Below are positions 17,440-26,922 of a stretch of 40,439 bases of DNA, in pieces. Position numbers and translations under genes: made by a program. The stretch is taken from positions 1-40,439 of the IMG/VR virus record IMGVR_UViG_3300032155_000017, one strand, 5' to 3'. The notes under the pieces were generated by a model. The model did not search any database and was not told the DNA's origin. It saw only the letters and a program-made list of their open reading frames with translations. How positions within the stretch are numbered: position 1 is the first letter of the stretch; the number at the start of each line of letters is the position of its first letter. This DNA is from a virus (Duplodnaviria > Caudoviricetes).

Positions 17440-17855
17440 GCGTCGTCCCCTTCGGGCACGGACAGCCAGTCGCGCCGCCCGGCATGGATAACCACCCCGC
17501 TGCCGGGGGCCGGGGCCGCCGCGCCGGGCAGCACGGCCCGGCCCGCCGCCACATCGCGCAGCCAGCTTACGGCGGCCCGGTAGCGTTCGACGATGGTGTC
17601 CGTTTCCGTGGCCATGCCCCCGGTGAGCCGGTAGCGGGCCATGTCGCACACGGCGGTCAGCAGCGCCGGGGGCACCTCTGCCAGGGGCAGCGGGTAGCGC
17701 GCGGCAAGGTAGCTGTCCGCCTCGCTGGAGGCCCGGTTCAGGGCCTCCAGCGCGACGGTGGCGTCCACCTGCCCGGTGTTCTCGCGGTCGGTGACGGCTA
17801 TCACCTCGTCCAGCCCGAAGGCCGCGACCAGATCGTCGGGGGTGGCGTAGGCCAT
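17436..17855 (-). CDS. gp36-like head-tail connector (DUF1320)
   Basis: MAYATPDDL, ADSYLAARYPLPL, CDMARYRL, RYRAAVSWL. Confidence 0.88.
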   Translation of the reverse strand: MAYATPDDLVAAFGLDEVIAVTDRENTGQVDATVALEALNRASSEADSYLAARYPLPLAEVPPALLTAVCDMARYRLTGGMATETDTIVERYRAAVSWLRDVAAGRAVLPGAAAPAPGSGVVIHAGRRDWLSVPEGDDA

Positions 17856-18272
17856 CTACTTGCCCGCCTTGCCGTTCTGCTTGGCGTTGGGCTTGTCGCT
17901 GGCCTTGCTGGCGGGCGTGGCCGGGACTTCGGCAGGGCCTTCGGCGGGGACTTCCGCCGAAGCGGGAGCCGGAGCCGGGGCCGCTTCGGGCGCTGGCTGC
18001 GCGGCGGGGGCATCGCCCGTGCCGCTTCCTTCATGAGTGACCTGCGCGACCGGAGCAGACAGGGCCGCATCGGCCACCGCCCCGGCTTCCGCTTCCCCGG
18101 CATCCACCGGCGTGCCCAGCGGCACGGCCAGCAGCACCGGGTCGGCAAGGATGGCCGACATGCGGGCAGGCCCCAGTTCTTCGGCGTTCACCACCGTCCG
18201 CTCCGGGCTGAAGCGCAGCCCGGCCCGGTAGCGGCATTCCACGTTCTTTCGGGTTGTCACGGCGTACCGCAT
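17856..18272 (-). CDS. gp35 / HI1506-like protein
   Basis: RYRAGLRFS...ILADPVL followed by an Ala/Pro-rich tail; follows the capsid gene. Confidence 0.65.
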   Translation of the reverse strand: MRYAVTTRKNVECRYRAGLRFSPERTVVNAEELGPARMSAILADPVLLAVPLGTPVDAGEAEAGAVADAALSAPVAQVTHEGSGTGDAPAAQPAPEAAPAPAPASAEVPAEGPAEVPATPASKASDKPNAKQNGKAGK

Positions 18273-18283
18273 GGCGCGCCCCC

Positions 18284-19213
18284 CTAGCCCAGCCACGCCA
18301 CGGGCACCACGGTGGCCGCGTCGAACCACTTGTTGGTGCCGCCGCCGGGCAGTTCGGACACGCCCACAACGCCACGGGCCGCGCCGTTCAGGGTGGGCGG
18401 CACCACCAGCAGGGTGGACGCCTTGCCGCCGCTGCCAAGGCCCAGCGGGCGGCCACCGTCGGCCTTCATGGTTTGCAGGGCCACCAGCGCCGCCTCGAAG
18501 TTGTCGGCGGTCAGCGGGTGCTGGCTGCGCACGGCCATCTGCCAGAAGCCGTAGCCCGCGTTGCAGCGGTAGCGCACGCCGTAGGGAATCTCGTCCTTCA
18601 TGAACACGTGGTCATTGTCGGGGTTGGAGATCATTTGCAGTTCGGGCTTGGTGCGCTCCTGAAAGATCAGCGGCTTCAGCGGGCGGCTGACATCGAGCAG
18701 GAACCACGCCGCGCCGGGGTTGGCGCCGGGCACAAGGTTGTTGCTGACCAGCATGGCCTCGCCGGTGCCGTCCACGTTGGGGTAGACGGGGTGGTCGGTG
18801 TCGAAGAAGTTCTGGCCGTCGAAGCAGGTGCGGGCGTGCCCGTTGGCCAGCAGGGGCCAGACCAGTTCGTCGGGGTGGGTGGCCGCGCCGTAGCCCATTT
18901 CCTCGAACAGGGGCGTGTAGATGCCAAGGGCGTCGTCTTCCACGGACGTGCGCGAGACGCCCACGGTGCCTTCGTACAGCTTGTTGGAGATGGCGTAGCC
19001 GTGTTCCTTCATGTCCTTGAACACGCGGTCGCCCACCCATTCGCGCAGCTTGGGGAACTGGCCCAGCCAGCCGTAGGTGTTCTGCGCGGCGGTGCTGGGA
19101 ATGAGCGTGGCCACCTTGTCCCACATGGGCGCGGCCTTGGTCTTGCCGCGCTGGAAGGCGGCGGAAAAGCCGGTGCGCAGGCTGTTCAGCAGCGCGCTGG
19201 TGATGACGGCCAT
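18284..19213 (-). CDS. major capsid protein (Mu gpT)
   Basis: YGWLGQFPKLREWVGDR, CFDGQNFFDTDHP, KPLIFQER, AGYGFWQMA. Confidence 0.95.
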   Translation of the reverse strand: MAVITSALLNSLRTGFSAAFQRGKTKAAPMWDKVATLIPSTAAQNTYGWLGQFPKLREWVGDRVFKDMKEHGYAISNKLYEGTVGVSRTSVEDDALGIYTPLFEEMGYGAATHPDELVWPLLANGHARTCFDGQNFFDTDHPVYPNVDGTGEAMLVSNNLVPGANPGAAWFLLDVSRPLKPLIFQERTKPELQMISNPDNDHVFMKDEIPYGVRYRCNAGYGFWQMAVRSQHPLTADNFEAALVALQTMKADGGRPLGLGSGGKASTLLVVPPTLNGAARGVVGVSELPGGGTNKWFDAATVVPVAWLG

Positions 19214-19216
19214 GGA

Positions 19217-20380
19217 TTACTTGCCCTCCTTGCTGGCGCGGAACTCTTCGGGAGTCAGGCCCAGCTGGTTCATGGTGTAGGTGTCTTCATCGGTAAGGGC
19301 CGCCGTGCCCGGCACGGGGTGGGGGGCAACGCGGGTGGTCTGCATGGCGGTCAGGGCGGCCACCGGCACGGCCACGGAAAGGTAGTTGCGCAGGGCGTCG
19401 GGGTCGGTTCTGGCCAGTTCGCGCGCCCACGGCTCCACGGCCTTGTTCAGGCGGCCATCGGCCAGCGCCGCGTCGATTTCCACCGACATGGCGGCCACGG
19501 TCTGCCCGGTTTCCAGTTCTGCCACGCGGGCCTGCAAGGTGGCGGCGGACTGCTGCAAGGCGGTCAGCGCCTCCATGGGCACGAAGCGGGCCGGGTCCGG
19601 GGTGGCCGACGACAGCGCGGCAATTTGCGCGCGCTGTTCGGTGAGCAGGGCCAGCAGGTCCACGGTGGCGGGCTGACTGGCGGGGGCGGCCCCGTCGGTG
19701 GCGGCGGCTTCGCCTTCGCCGCCCAGCATGGCCTTCAGCTTGTCCAACTGCTCCATGATGTCCTGCGCCGTGGCCGTGACGGGCAGGTTCAGCATCCAGC
19801 GCAGGCGCTCCAGAAGTTCATCCATTGCGGTCTCCTGTGTTGCGAGGTCTTCCACGGCTGCCACGACGCACATGCCGTCAAGGGCCGGGGTGTTGGTAAG
19901 CGCGGCGCTGATGATGCGCAGCACCGCGCCGGTTGCGGCGTCGAAGGAAAAGACGGGGGAGATGAAGAGGTATTCTTTCGCCGTGATGTAGGCGCGGGCA
20001 CGCTCGGTCCAGGTAACGGCGGCGAACAGGCCACGCCCCGGCAGGTAGGTGACGGCATCAATCCACCCGGCAGCCGGGGCAGGTTTGCCGTTCTCTTTTG
20101 CTTTCAGGGTCTGGTGTTCGTAGTCGATGACCAGCGGGGTTTCGCGGGCCTGCGCATCGGCCACCACGGGGGCGGCAATGTCTGCATCAAGGCACCACGC
20201 GGTTAGCGCGCCCTTGGTCATGGATGCGGGGCGACCATCGCGCGCGGCAAAGCTGCCGTCCGGCAGAAGCTGGACGTTCAGCCCGTCGGGAAGGTCGGAA
20301 GGACCGTCGCCCACGGAAAGGGGCACGGTAAGGACTGCGGTGGGGTGCGTTGTGGAACGCGGGGGCTTTAAATGCGACAT
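19217..20380 (-). CDS. Mu-like prohead protease I with in-frame scaffold (Z) segment
   Basis: LVIDYEHQT, APAAGWI, YLFISPVF, ALTNTPAL; internal AGGAG plus ATG at 19825 (MDELLERL) for the scaffold. Confidence 0.9.
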   Translation of the reverse strand: MSHLKPPRSTTHPTAVLTVPLSVGDGPSDLPDGLNVQLLPDGSFAARDGRPASMTKGALTAWCLDADIAAPVVADAQARETPLVIDYEHQTLKAKENGKPAPAAGWIDAVTYLPGRGLFAAVTWTERARAYITAKEYLFISPVFSFDAATGAVLRIISAALTNTPALDGMCVVAAVEDLATQETAMDELLERLRWMLNLPVTATAQDIMEQLDKLKAMLGGEGEAAATDGAAPASQPATVDLLALLTEQRAQIAALSSATPDPARFVPMEALTALQQSAATLQARVAELETGQTVAAMSVEIDAALADGRLNKAVEPWARELARTDPDALRNYLSVAVPVAALTAMQTTRVAPHPVPGTAALTDEDTYTMNQLGLTPEEFRASKEGK

Positions 20381-20431
20381 GCCCCCGGTATACGGGGGCA
20401 TGTGGTGTAAGACAGGGGGAAGGGGTTCAGT
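20378..20431 (-). promoter_or_regulatory. late-promoter-like element (copy 2, PI-equivalent)
   Basis: ACTGAACCCCTTCCCCCTGTC, 18 nt, TATACC in hairpin CATGCCCCCG/CGGGGGCATG, 6 nt, then ATG of the protease. Confidence 0.7.
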
Positions 20432-20437
20432 GGGTAA

Positions 20438-21313
20438 TTAAACGTCGAGAAGTTCACGCAAGAATATTTTCCGCAAGTTATGTAACTCATAATTCTGGCG
20501 AAATACTTCTGGAATCCATAATATTAAATCGTCAACATTGATGTCATCCTCTTTAATATTATGATATTTAGCATATTCTTCGATGCACCTTCTTATCGCA
20601 CCTTGTGTAAGAAGTGCCATCCATTTTTCACCAACCCTATAAAAATCACTCGTTGGAGTTTTTAACTTTAAAATGCTATCTCGAAGCATTGCAAAATCAG
20701 ACGCGAGTGATTCTTGAAGCGTTTTGAATGCATCGTGTATGTCAACTTCTTTCGTTTCTATATTTGAAATTTTGATGTTGCTAAAGTTTTTTAGAAAAGA
20801 CCTGTAATTTTTTCCAAGCGATGCATTATATGTATTTTTTATGGCATAACTAAGTTCTGATTTAAAATTTTCTATGCCGCCATGGCGTAAGTCCCGAGGG
20901 TATTCTATATGCTCTATCACGCCAGTATCAAAAGAATAGTCTGTGTGTTTGTCCTTGACAATTACAACAGGCTTATCAAACGCAAGCCTCATCCCTAATT
21001 CAAACATTACATTAGGATTCTTATGACTTACATCGCAAACGACAATTTCATTATTATATACATTCCTAACTATTCTTTCGTGTATTACTCCAACTTCATT
21101 TGCATCGCTAACAAGCTGAGGTTTAAATCCAGCACTAGATATGGCAGAAAATAAAATAGACTTAACATCCGCCCAATGCTCTTTTGTACATTCAAGCATG
21201 TCCCCTATTGGCATAAGAACACCGCATATACGTTCTTCACACGAAGAAGCACATTCTTTAGCGGAATGCCCAGTTTCCGTGGTATTCTCTCTGCGATCAC
21301 TCGTCTTAGACAT
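20438..21313 (-). CDS. AT-rich moron: nucleoside 2-deoxyribosyltransferase/TIR-like fold protein
   Basis: CGVLMPI...IVVCDVSHKNPNVMFELGMRLAFDKPVVIV...FDTGVIEHIEY; low GC. Confidence 0.75.
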   Translation of the reverse strand: MSKTSDRRENTTETGHSAKECASSCEERICGVLMPIGDMLECTKEHWADVKSILFSAISSAGFKPQLVSDANEVGVIHERIVRNVYNNEIVVCDVSHKNPNVMFELGMRLAFDKPVVIVKDKHTDYSFDTGVIEHIEYPRDLRHGGIENFKSELSYAIKNTYNASLGKNYRSFLKNFSNIKISNIETKEVDIHDAFKTLQESLASDFAMLRDSILKLKTPTSDFYRVGEKWMALLTQGAIRRCIEEYAKYHNIKEDDINVDDLILWIPEVFRQNYELHNLRKIFLRELLDV

Positions 21314-21461
21314 AGGATATCTCCTAGCTGGACTTCAGTTCTGGCGTACAAAACAAGATGATCTCACATACACATAGCCTATTTAATGGCGTTAACGTAA
21401 CGTTAGAATCCATGCAAGAGCCAATCGACATGCTCAGCAAGGCAATAGCGCAAATGGCATC

Positions 21462-21950
21462 CTAGAAGGTCGATAAGTGCCTTTGCACCTCCGCGTGCAA
21501 AATCCCCCGTATCTCCTCCTCGTCCTCCGGCCCTACGCCCAGAAACGGGCGGGCCGGGATGTCACCCCACGGGATGGGGCCGCCCCGCTTGGTGGTGCCG
21601 AACGCGCCTTTCTTCGTGCCAAACTGGTGGGTGGGGGCATAGGGCACGTTGGTGCCCACGGTGGCATGGTCCGGGCCGTAGTCCGCGTGCAGGCTGCCCG
21701 CAAGCTGGCCGCGCACCTGAAGGATGGGGCCATCGTGCCCGGTCTTGGCGCGGCGGCCTATGGTGACCGGCGACAGCGGGTGCCATGCGTTGCCGGTGAC
21801 CGGGTCGCGCTGCCCGGCAAAGGCCCGTTCCGGCGCGTCGGCCAGCACGCCCGCCAGTTGCCGGGTAACGGGTGTCATGTCCCGGCCCAATTCCACAAGG
21901 CGGGTAAGCCCGTGCTCCAGGCCGTCGAAGTTGACCTCTATTTCGATCAT
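21462..21950 (-). CDS. virion morphogenesis protein (Mu gpG)
   Basis: WHPLSP, ILQVRGQL, VGTNVPYAPTHQFG, IPARPFLG; start MIEIEV after AGGAG. Confidence 0.9.
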   Translation of the reverse strand: MIEIEVNFDGLEHGLTRLVELGRDMTPVTRQLAGVLADAPERAFAGQRDPVTGNAWHPLSPVTIGRRAKTGHDGPILQVRGQLAGSLHADYGPDHATVGTNVPYAPTHQFGTKKGAFGTTKRGGPIPWGDIPARPFLGVGPEDEEEIRGILHAEVQRHLSTF

Positions 21951-21965
21951 GGCTAGTCTCCTTGG

Positions 21966-22078
21966 TACAAGACGGGTGCGACACGGTGATATTCTGCCTG
22001 CCGTAGCACGGGCCATGGCCCGGAGCGCCTTGTGGGGTTTCCGCTTTTGCGGGTGGCAGGCCCCACCGCCCCCTTGTA
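21966..22078 (-). ncRNA. putative pseudoknotted RNA between gpF and gpG
   Basis: closing TACAAG/CTTGTA, GTGGGG/CCCCAC, CCGC-AAAA-GCGG, CGGGCC/GGCCCG, and crossing CCTGCC/GGCAGG. Confidence 0.45.
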
Positions 22079-22093
22079 TCCGCCCGGTGCGGC

Positions 22094-23350
22094 CTAATGG
22101 TCCGCGCCGGGCTGTTTCTTTTCCGTCTTTCGCAACTGGCCCACGATGCGCGCCCGCTGGGCGTCGTCGCGGCTCAAGCGCCAGAAGCTGACCAGATACA
22201 GTTCGTCGCCCTTGCGGGTGGCCTTGACCACGCTGACGTAGCCGCCCGGCTCGTCCAGCACGTAGACCAGCCGCAACGCGCCGTCCTGCACCACCTCTCC
22301 CTGTTCCACCACATCCTGCACGCGGGCGTAGTCCGCCAGCGTCAGTTCCGGATGGTGCCGCCGCTGCTTGGCCCAGGTTTCCGGCGACAGCCGGGCAAGG
22401 GCGCTGGTGCCGCCTATGCGTGCGGCGTCGTCCGCCGCCAGCACGGCCACGGGAAAGTGCCCCTGCGGCGCGGCGGCCCACGCGGCGAACGCCTCGCCTT
22501 TTGTCAGGTGGCGCACGGCGGCTGCGGCCAGCGCCGGGTCTGCCGCCCGCAGCTTGCGTGCCGCCTCGTCCAGCATGTTGGCCAGCCCGGCAGCGCCGGG
22601 GTTGTAAGAAAAGCCAGGGTCCGTCCAGGCTATTTCCCCGGCCTGCGGCACCTTGTAGCCGGTCACGGTGCGCCGGGTGACCTCGCCGGTACGGCGGTCC
22701 ACCAGTTCCCGCTCCTGCGTGACCATGCGGCCCGCGCCCCGCTCCACCGTCAGCCCTTCCGCCTTCAGCCTGCTTGCGGACAGCGCCCGCTTGCGGCAGC
22801 GGCACCCCCAGCCGTTGGGCGGGTAATGGGTGGACCAGAACGGATCATCGTAGCGGAACACGCGCCCGTGCAACACCTTGTGCGTGGGGCGCGTGAGGAA
22901 ATCCACCACGGCCAGATACTGCCAGTATGGCCGGGCATCGGCGTTTTCCAGCGCCTGCTTGTAGCGCCCGGCCATGTAGGCGGCCTGCATGTTCTGGCGG
23001 TAGATCAGCCGCAACCGGGCCGGGCTGCCCATGCGCACGGTGCGCGTGGTGCCGTCCGCCGCCGTATCGGTGCGTTTGCCCCACCAGCCCTTGCGGCGCA
23101 GCACCGGCTCCAGCGTTTCGCGGAACCAGCGTTCCGTCTTGCCGTCCCGCAGGGCGGTGGTCAGCCCGTCGCGGATGTCCTGCAACACGTCCAGCCGGGC
23201 CAACCCGGCCACGGTGAACGCCTGCGCGTGGGCCTGCTGCCACAGTTCCTTCCAGTCGAAGGTGACGGCGTAGCCCTTGGCCGTGAAGTAGGCGATGGCC
23301 TCCTTGGGCGGCAGGCCCATGGCGTAGGAGAGGGAAGGTTGTGCTGGCAC
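22094..23350 (-). CDS. MuF (gp30) minor head protein with C-terminal PBECR-like nuclease extension
   Basis: AFTVAG, YPPNGWGCRC, DPGFSYNPG, then HHPELTLADY...VVKATRKGDELYLVSFWR. Confidence 0.85.
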   Translation of the reverse strand: MPAQPSLSYAMGLPPKEAIAYFTAKGYAVTFDWKELWQQAHAQAFTVAGLARLDVLQDIRDGLTTALRDGKTERWFRETLEPVLRRKGWWGKRTDTAADGTTRTVRMGSPARLRLIYRQNMQAAYMAGRYKQALENADARPYWQYLAVVDFLTRPTHKVLHGRVFRYDDPFWSTHYPPNGWGCRCRKRALSASRLKAEGLTVERGAGRMVTQERELVDRRTGEVTRRTVTGYKVPQAGEIAWTDPGFSYNPGAAGLANMLDEAARKLRAADPALAAAAVRHLTKGEAFAAWAAAPQGHFPVAVLAADDAARIGGTSALARLSPETWAKQRRHHPELTLADYARVQDVVEQGEVVQDGALRLVYVLDEPGGYVSVVKATRKGDELYLVSFWRLSRDDAQRARIVGQLRKTEKKQPGADH

Positions 23351-23402
23351 AGGATATTACCTATTGAAAGGGGACTTATCTTCATTCCACACGAGGGTAG
23401 CC

Positions 23403-23621
23403 ATGGACGTTTTCATTGCAGGGCTTGGCGCGAACCGCCCTTATGAGCACTTGTCCCAGAAGCGTGTGACAAGAGCACTTCGACTCGCCTTGCGCTCAAA
23501 ATACGGGATAGAAGCCGTAAAGGTCTCTTGCACCGCCATATGGCAGATTGATGCATGGGTTGTGCAGGCAACGATCAACGGTAAACCAACACTCTGTCGC
23601 GTACTGGCTGGAACATCATGA
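23403..23621 (+). CDS. small antisense hypothetical protein inserted between portal and gpF
   Basis: GAGGG RBS plus ATG 23403, 72 aa, lower GC, fills the intergenic gap. Confidence 0.55.
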   Translation: MDVFIAGLGANRPYEHLSQKRVTRALRLALRSKYGIEAVKVSCTAIWQIDAWVVQATINGKPTLCRVLAGTS

Positions 23622-25271
23622 TGTTTCCCGCGCTGACACGCGCCCCCACACTTCGCTGACGAAGATCGCCCGCGCCAGCAGGTCTTCCAGCTTGCGGCCC
23701 TCCATCCGGGGGTACAGTTCGGCAAGGCGGGCCAGCAGGTCCGCCGGTTCCGCGCCGTCGCGCAGTTCCTGTAGCAGCGGCTCCAGCAGTTCCTCCATGG
23801 CGGCCAGCATGGCCCCGTCGGGAATCTCGGCGTCGTCCAGCGCCTGCTGGTCCGGGTACGGCGCGCCGCCGTCACCATCTGCGTCCCCGTGGGCAGCGGC
23901 CAGCGCCACGGCGGCGGCCCGGCCTTCCGCATCGCCATCGCCCGCATCACCCGCATCGTCATCACCGGGGGCGCGGGTGCCCAGCACTTCCTCGTCGCCC
24001 TGCGGCAGGGGAATCTTCAGCTTTTCATGCGCCCACGCGGCGGGAATGCGCATCACCCCGGACAGCTTGGGCAGCGCGTCGGCGTAGGTGGCGATGTCCG
24101 CCGCCTGCCGGGTGTCGAACCGGAACCACGGCAGCAGCCGGGCGTCGGCCACGCCCGCGTTCAGCACGGCCAGCGGGGCCAGCACCTGCCGGGTCAGCGT
24201 GCCCGCGATTTGCAGCGCGTCCGAGGTCAGCAGGTCGTGGCGAATCTCGTTGTGTACCGCGCCCAGCGCGTTGGTGCTGCTTTTGCCGTCGGCCTGGCTG
24301 GTCAGGGTGCCGCCCAGGATGGCCTTGGACATGCCGCGTTCGCAGCGGTCCACCAGCACGCCGAAGTGGTCGTGGGTGGAGTTGGGCGGCGTTTCGAAGA
24401 CGATCTCCATGCCCTGCGGGATGATGCCCGCCGCGTCGCGGCCAAGGGCCTGCAACGCCCGCAGCAGGGCCGCCTTGTCTTCTTCCGTGCTGGCCGCCGG
24501 GTACTTGCCCAGGCGAAAGGGCATGCCATGCACCTCCACATAGGCGGCGTTGGAGGCCAGCGCGTAGGACCGGATAAGGTAGCTCCACGCCAGCACGCGG
24601 AACAGCCCGGCGCGGGCCAGCCAGCCGGAACGGGACCGGTGGGTATGCAGCACCCAGCCCAGCGTTTCCAGTTCCGCGCCTTCTGCCGTGCCGTCGCGCA
24701 GGCGCAGGGCGTTGCGGTCGTGCGGCGGGGTCTGGAACCACGTCTGCGGGCGGAAGTGGAACGCCTGCGGCAGGTGCAGCTTGCCCTCGCGCCCCCATTC
24801 GATTTCCAGCGCGGCAAAGCCGTGGCCCACGCCGTCGGCCATGTCCAGAAACAGGTCATCCACGTTGGCCAGCGCGTCGAACTGTTCGCGCACGGCATCG
24901 GCCACGCGGCGCGCCGCCGCATCCCCTGCGCGTCCCGGCAGGATTTCCCAGTCCAGCGTCAGCAGCGCCCGCTTGCGCTTGGCCAGTTCCGCCGCAAGGT
25001 GTTCGCAGCGGTCTTCCATGTCCGCGAACAGGACGTGCTGTTGCAGGATATCGCCATCGTCTGCGGATTGCAGGATGTTCTTCAGCCGGGCGGGCGTGAG
25101 GCCGTGGGTAAGGTTGGCCCAGCGTTCCCAATACAGTTGGGCCACGGTGGTGGGCAGGTCATCCAAGGATGCGTCCGCCGTGGCCCCGTCGCGGGTTTGC
25201 AGGCCGCCGGAAGGCAGGAAGGTGCGGGTAAAGGCGCGCGCGGCGCTAGACAAACGATCCATGAAGCCCAT
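23616..25271 (-). CDS. portal protein (Mu gp29, DUF935)
   Basis: GLTPARL, LFADMEDR, GMPFRLGKYP, MSKAILGGTLTS, ALGAVHNEIR. Confidence 0.92.
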   Translation of the reverse strand: MGFMDRLSSAARAFTRTFLPSGGLQTRDGATADASLDDLPTTVAQLYWERWANLTHGLTPARLKNILQSADDGDILQQHVLFADMEDRCEHLAAELAKRKRALLTLDWEILPGRAGDAAARRVADAVREQFDALANVDDLFLDMADGVGHGFAALEIEWGREGKLHLPQAFHFRPQTWFQTPPHDRNALRLRDGTAEGAELETLGWVLHTHRSRSGWLARAGLFRVLAWSYLIRSYALASNAAYVEVHGMPFRLGKYPAASTEEDKAALLRALQALGRDAAGIIPQGMEIVFETPPNSTHDHFGVLVDRCERGMSKAILGGTLTSQADGKSSTNALGAVHNEIRHDLLTSDALQIAGTLTRQVLAPLAVLNAGVADARLLPWFRFDTRQAADIATYADALPKLSGVMRIPAAWAHEKLKIPLPQGDEEVLGTRAPGDDDAGDAGDGDAEGRAAAVALAAAHGDADGDGGAPYPDQQALDDAEIPDGAMLAAMEELLEPLLQELRDGAEPADLLARLAELYPRMEGRKLEDLLARAIFVSEVWGRVSARETS

Positions 25272-26922
25272 GGTCATCTCCGTCGGTGTCCATATCGTGG
25301 AAGGGACTGCGGCGCGGGGCCGCCGTGAAGGCGTCGCGCAGGCTGACAAAGCCGCCGCTGGCGATGCGCCACAGCATTTCCAGCGCGTCCGGGCCGTCGT
25401 CGTGGTCGGCCTTGGGGAAGTGGCGCAGCTGGTCTGTCAGCGTCTGCTGCGAGGGGTGCAGGCGGATGCGCCCCTGCACCATGTAGGGTTGCAGGGTTTC
25501 TATGCGCAGGTGCTTGTCCGTGCTGTTGACCACCGGCTGTACGGGAATGGCGATGCCGCGCGCCACGGCCCGTTGCGCCAGCACGTGGGCGAAGAATTCC
25601 TGAAACTGCACGGCCTCCACGCCCCACAGCAGGCAGCGGTATTCAAGGTGCGCGGCAATCACGTCTTCTATGATGCGGTCGGGGTGGCGCTTGCGGATCA
25701 GGGCTTCCACCACGTCCAGCGTCATGGTGGGCCGGTGGAAGCCGCCCACAAGGATGGCCGAAGGGTCGCGCCCCGCGCCGTGCTTGCCCAGCGACGGGTC
25801 TACCGCGCCGAAGAACAGCCAGTCCGCCCGGCGGTCCACCCAGAAGGTGATGCAGGCGGCAAAGGGGGCGTCGTCGCCGGAAAGCGGGTCGTTCTGCTGT
25901 TCCGCGTCGAAGGCGGCGTGGTCTTCGGCCCGCTTCAGCATCAGCTTGTACAGCGGGCGCATGGACGGCCACGACACCTCGGCGTTGCGCTCCATGTCCG
26001 CCGCGTTGGCGGCGTGGAAGGCGCGGGCGGCGTCTGCCCCTTCGGCGCGCAGGATGCCTTCCCAGCGGTCCCACAGGTCCATGCGGTCGGGCCAGCGGAT
26101 GACGGCCCGGAACCGCTTGCCCCGCCACAGGGGTTTTTGCAGCGTGCGGGCCAGCACCGAATCGTAATGCAGGATGGTGCCCACGTAGATCACGTCCATG
26201 CTGTCGTCCGCCGGGCCAAGGGACAGCACCGTGCGTTGCAGCCAGCCTTGCAGCTTGTCGCGCTGTTCCGGCTTCAGGACGTTCTCGTCGTTCTCCAGGT
26301 CATCCAGCACGGCAAGGTCGGGGCGGTGCGGGCCGTGGCGCAGGCCGCGCATGCGCTTGCCCGCGCCCAGCGCCTGCAACTTGACGTTGCTGCGGGTGAC
26401 GATGGTGCCCACGTTCCACACCCGGCCCTGCCCGGCGGCATCGGGAAAATCCATGCCGATGCGCGGGTTGGCTTCCAGTTCCACCTTCACCGCTTCCAGC
26501 AGGGCGGCGGCCTGTTCCAGCGCGTCGGCTATCAGCAGCAGGTACCGCTTGCGCCCGGTCAGCACACACCACAGCACGAAGAACAGCGCCACATAGGTGG
26601 ACTTGGCCTCGCCGCGCGGGGCGGCCACGGCCAGCTTCACGCCTTCCGGCGCGGCCACGATGCGGGGCAGTTCCTCGTCCAGCCAGCGGTGCAGCACGGA
26701 ATCGCCGCCGCTCTTGGCGTAGTGCGGGAAGTAGGTGCGCCGGAAGAAGACGAAGTCGTCCTGCGCCTGTGCGCGACGTTTGGCACTGGCTTGCGGGTCT
26801 GCGGCAAAGCCGGAGCATTCCGCCTCCACCTGCTGGCGCAGGGTGGCGGCAAGGTCGCCAAGGGCCAGCAGGAATTCCTTGCGGGACAGCTTTGGCGTCA
26901 TGCGTATCGGGCGCTTGCTCAT
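25246..26922 (-). CDS. terminase large subunit (Mu gp28)
   Basis: Walker A APRGEAKST, Walker B VLDDLEND, GTILH, VDPSLG, HDDGPDALE. Confidence 0.93.
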   Translation of the reverse strand: MSKRPIRMTPKLSRKEFLLALGDLAATLRQQVEAECSGFAADPQASAKRRAQAQDDFVFFRRTYFPHYAKSGGDSVLHRWLDEELPRIVAAPEGVKLAVAAPRGEAKSTYVALFFVLWCVLTGRKRYLLLIADALEQAAALLEAVKVELEANPRIGMDFPDAAGQGRVWNVGTIVTRSNVKLQALGAGKRMRGLRHGPHRPDLAVLDDLENDENVLKPEQRDKLQGWLQRTVLSLGPADDSMDVIYVGTILHYDSVLARTLQKPLWRGKRFRAVIRWPDRMDLWDRWEGILRAEGADAARAFHAANAADMERNAEVSWPSMRPLYKLMLKRAEDHAAFDAEQQNDPLSGDDAPFAACITFWVDRRADWLFFGAVDPSLGKHGAGRDPSAILVGGFHRPTMTLDVVEALIRKRHPDRIIEDVIAAHLEYRCLLWGVEAVQFQEFFAHVLAQRAVARGIAIPVQPVVNSTDKHLRIETLQPYMVQGRIRLHPSQQTLTDQLRHFPKADHDDGPDALEMLWRIASGGFVSLRDAFTAAPRRSPFHDMDTDGDDHGLHGSFV

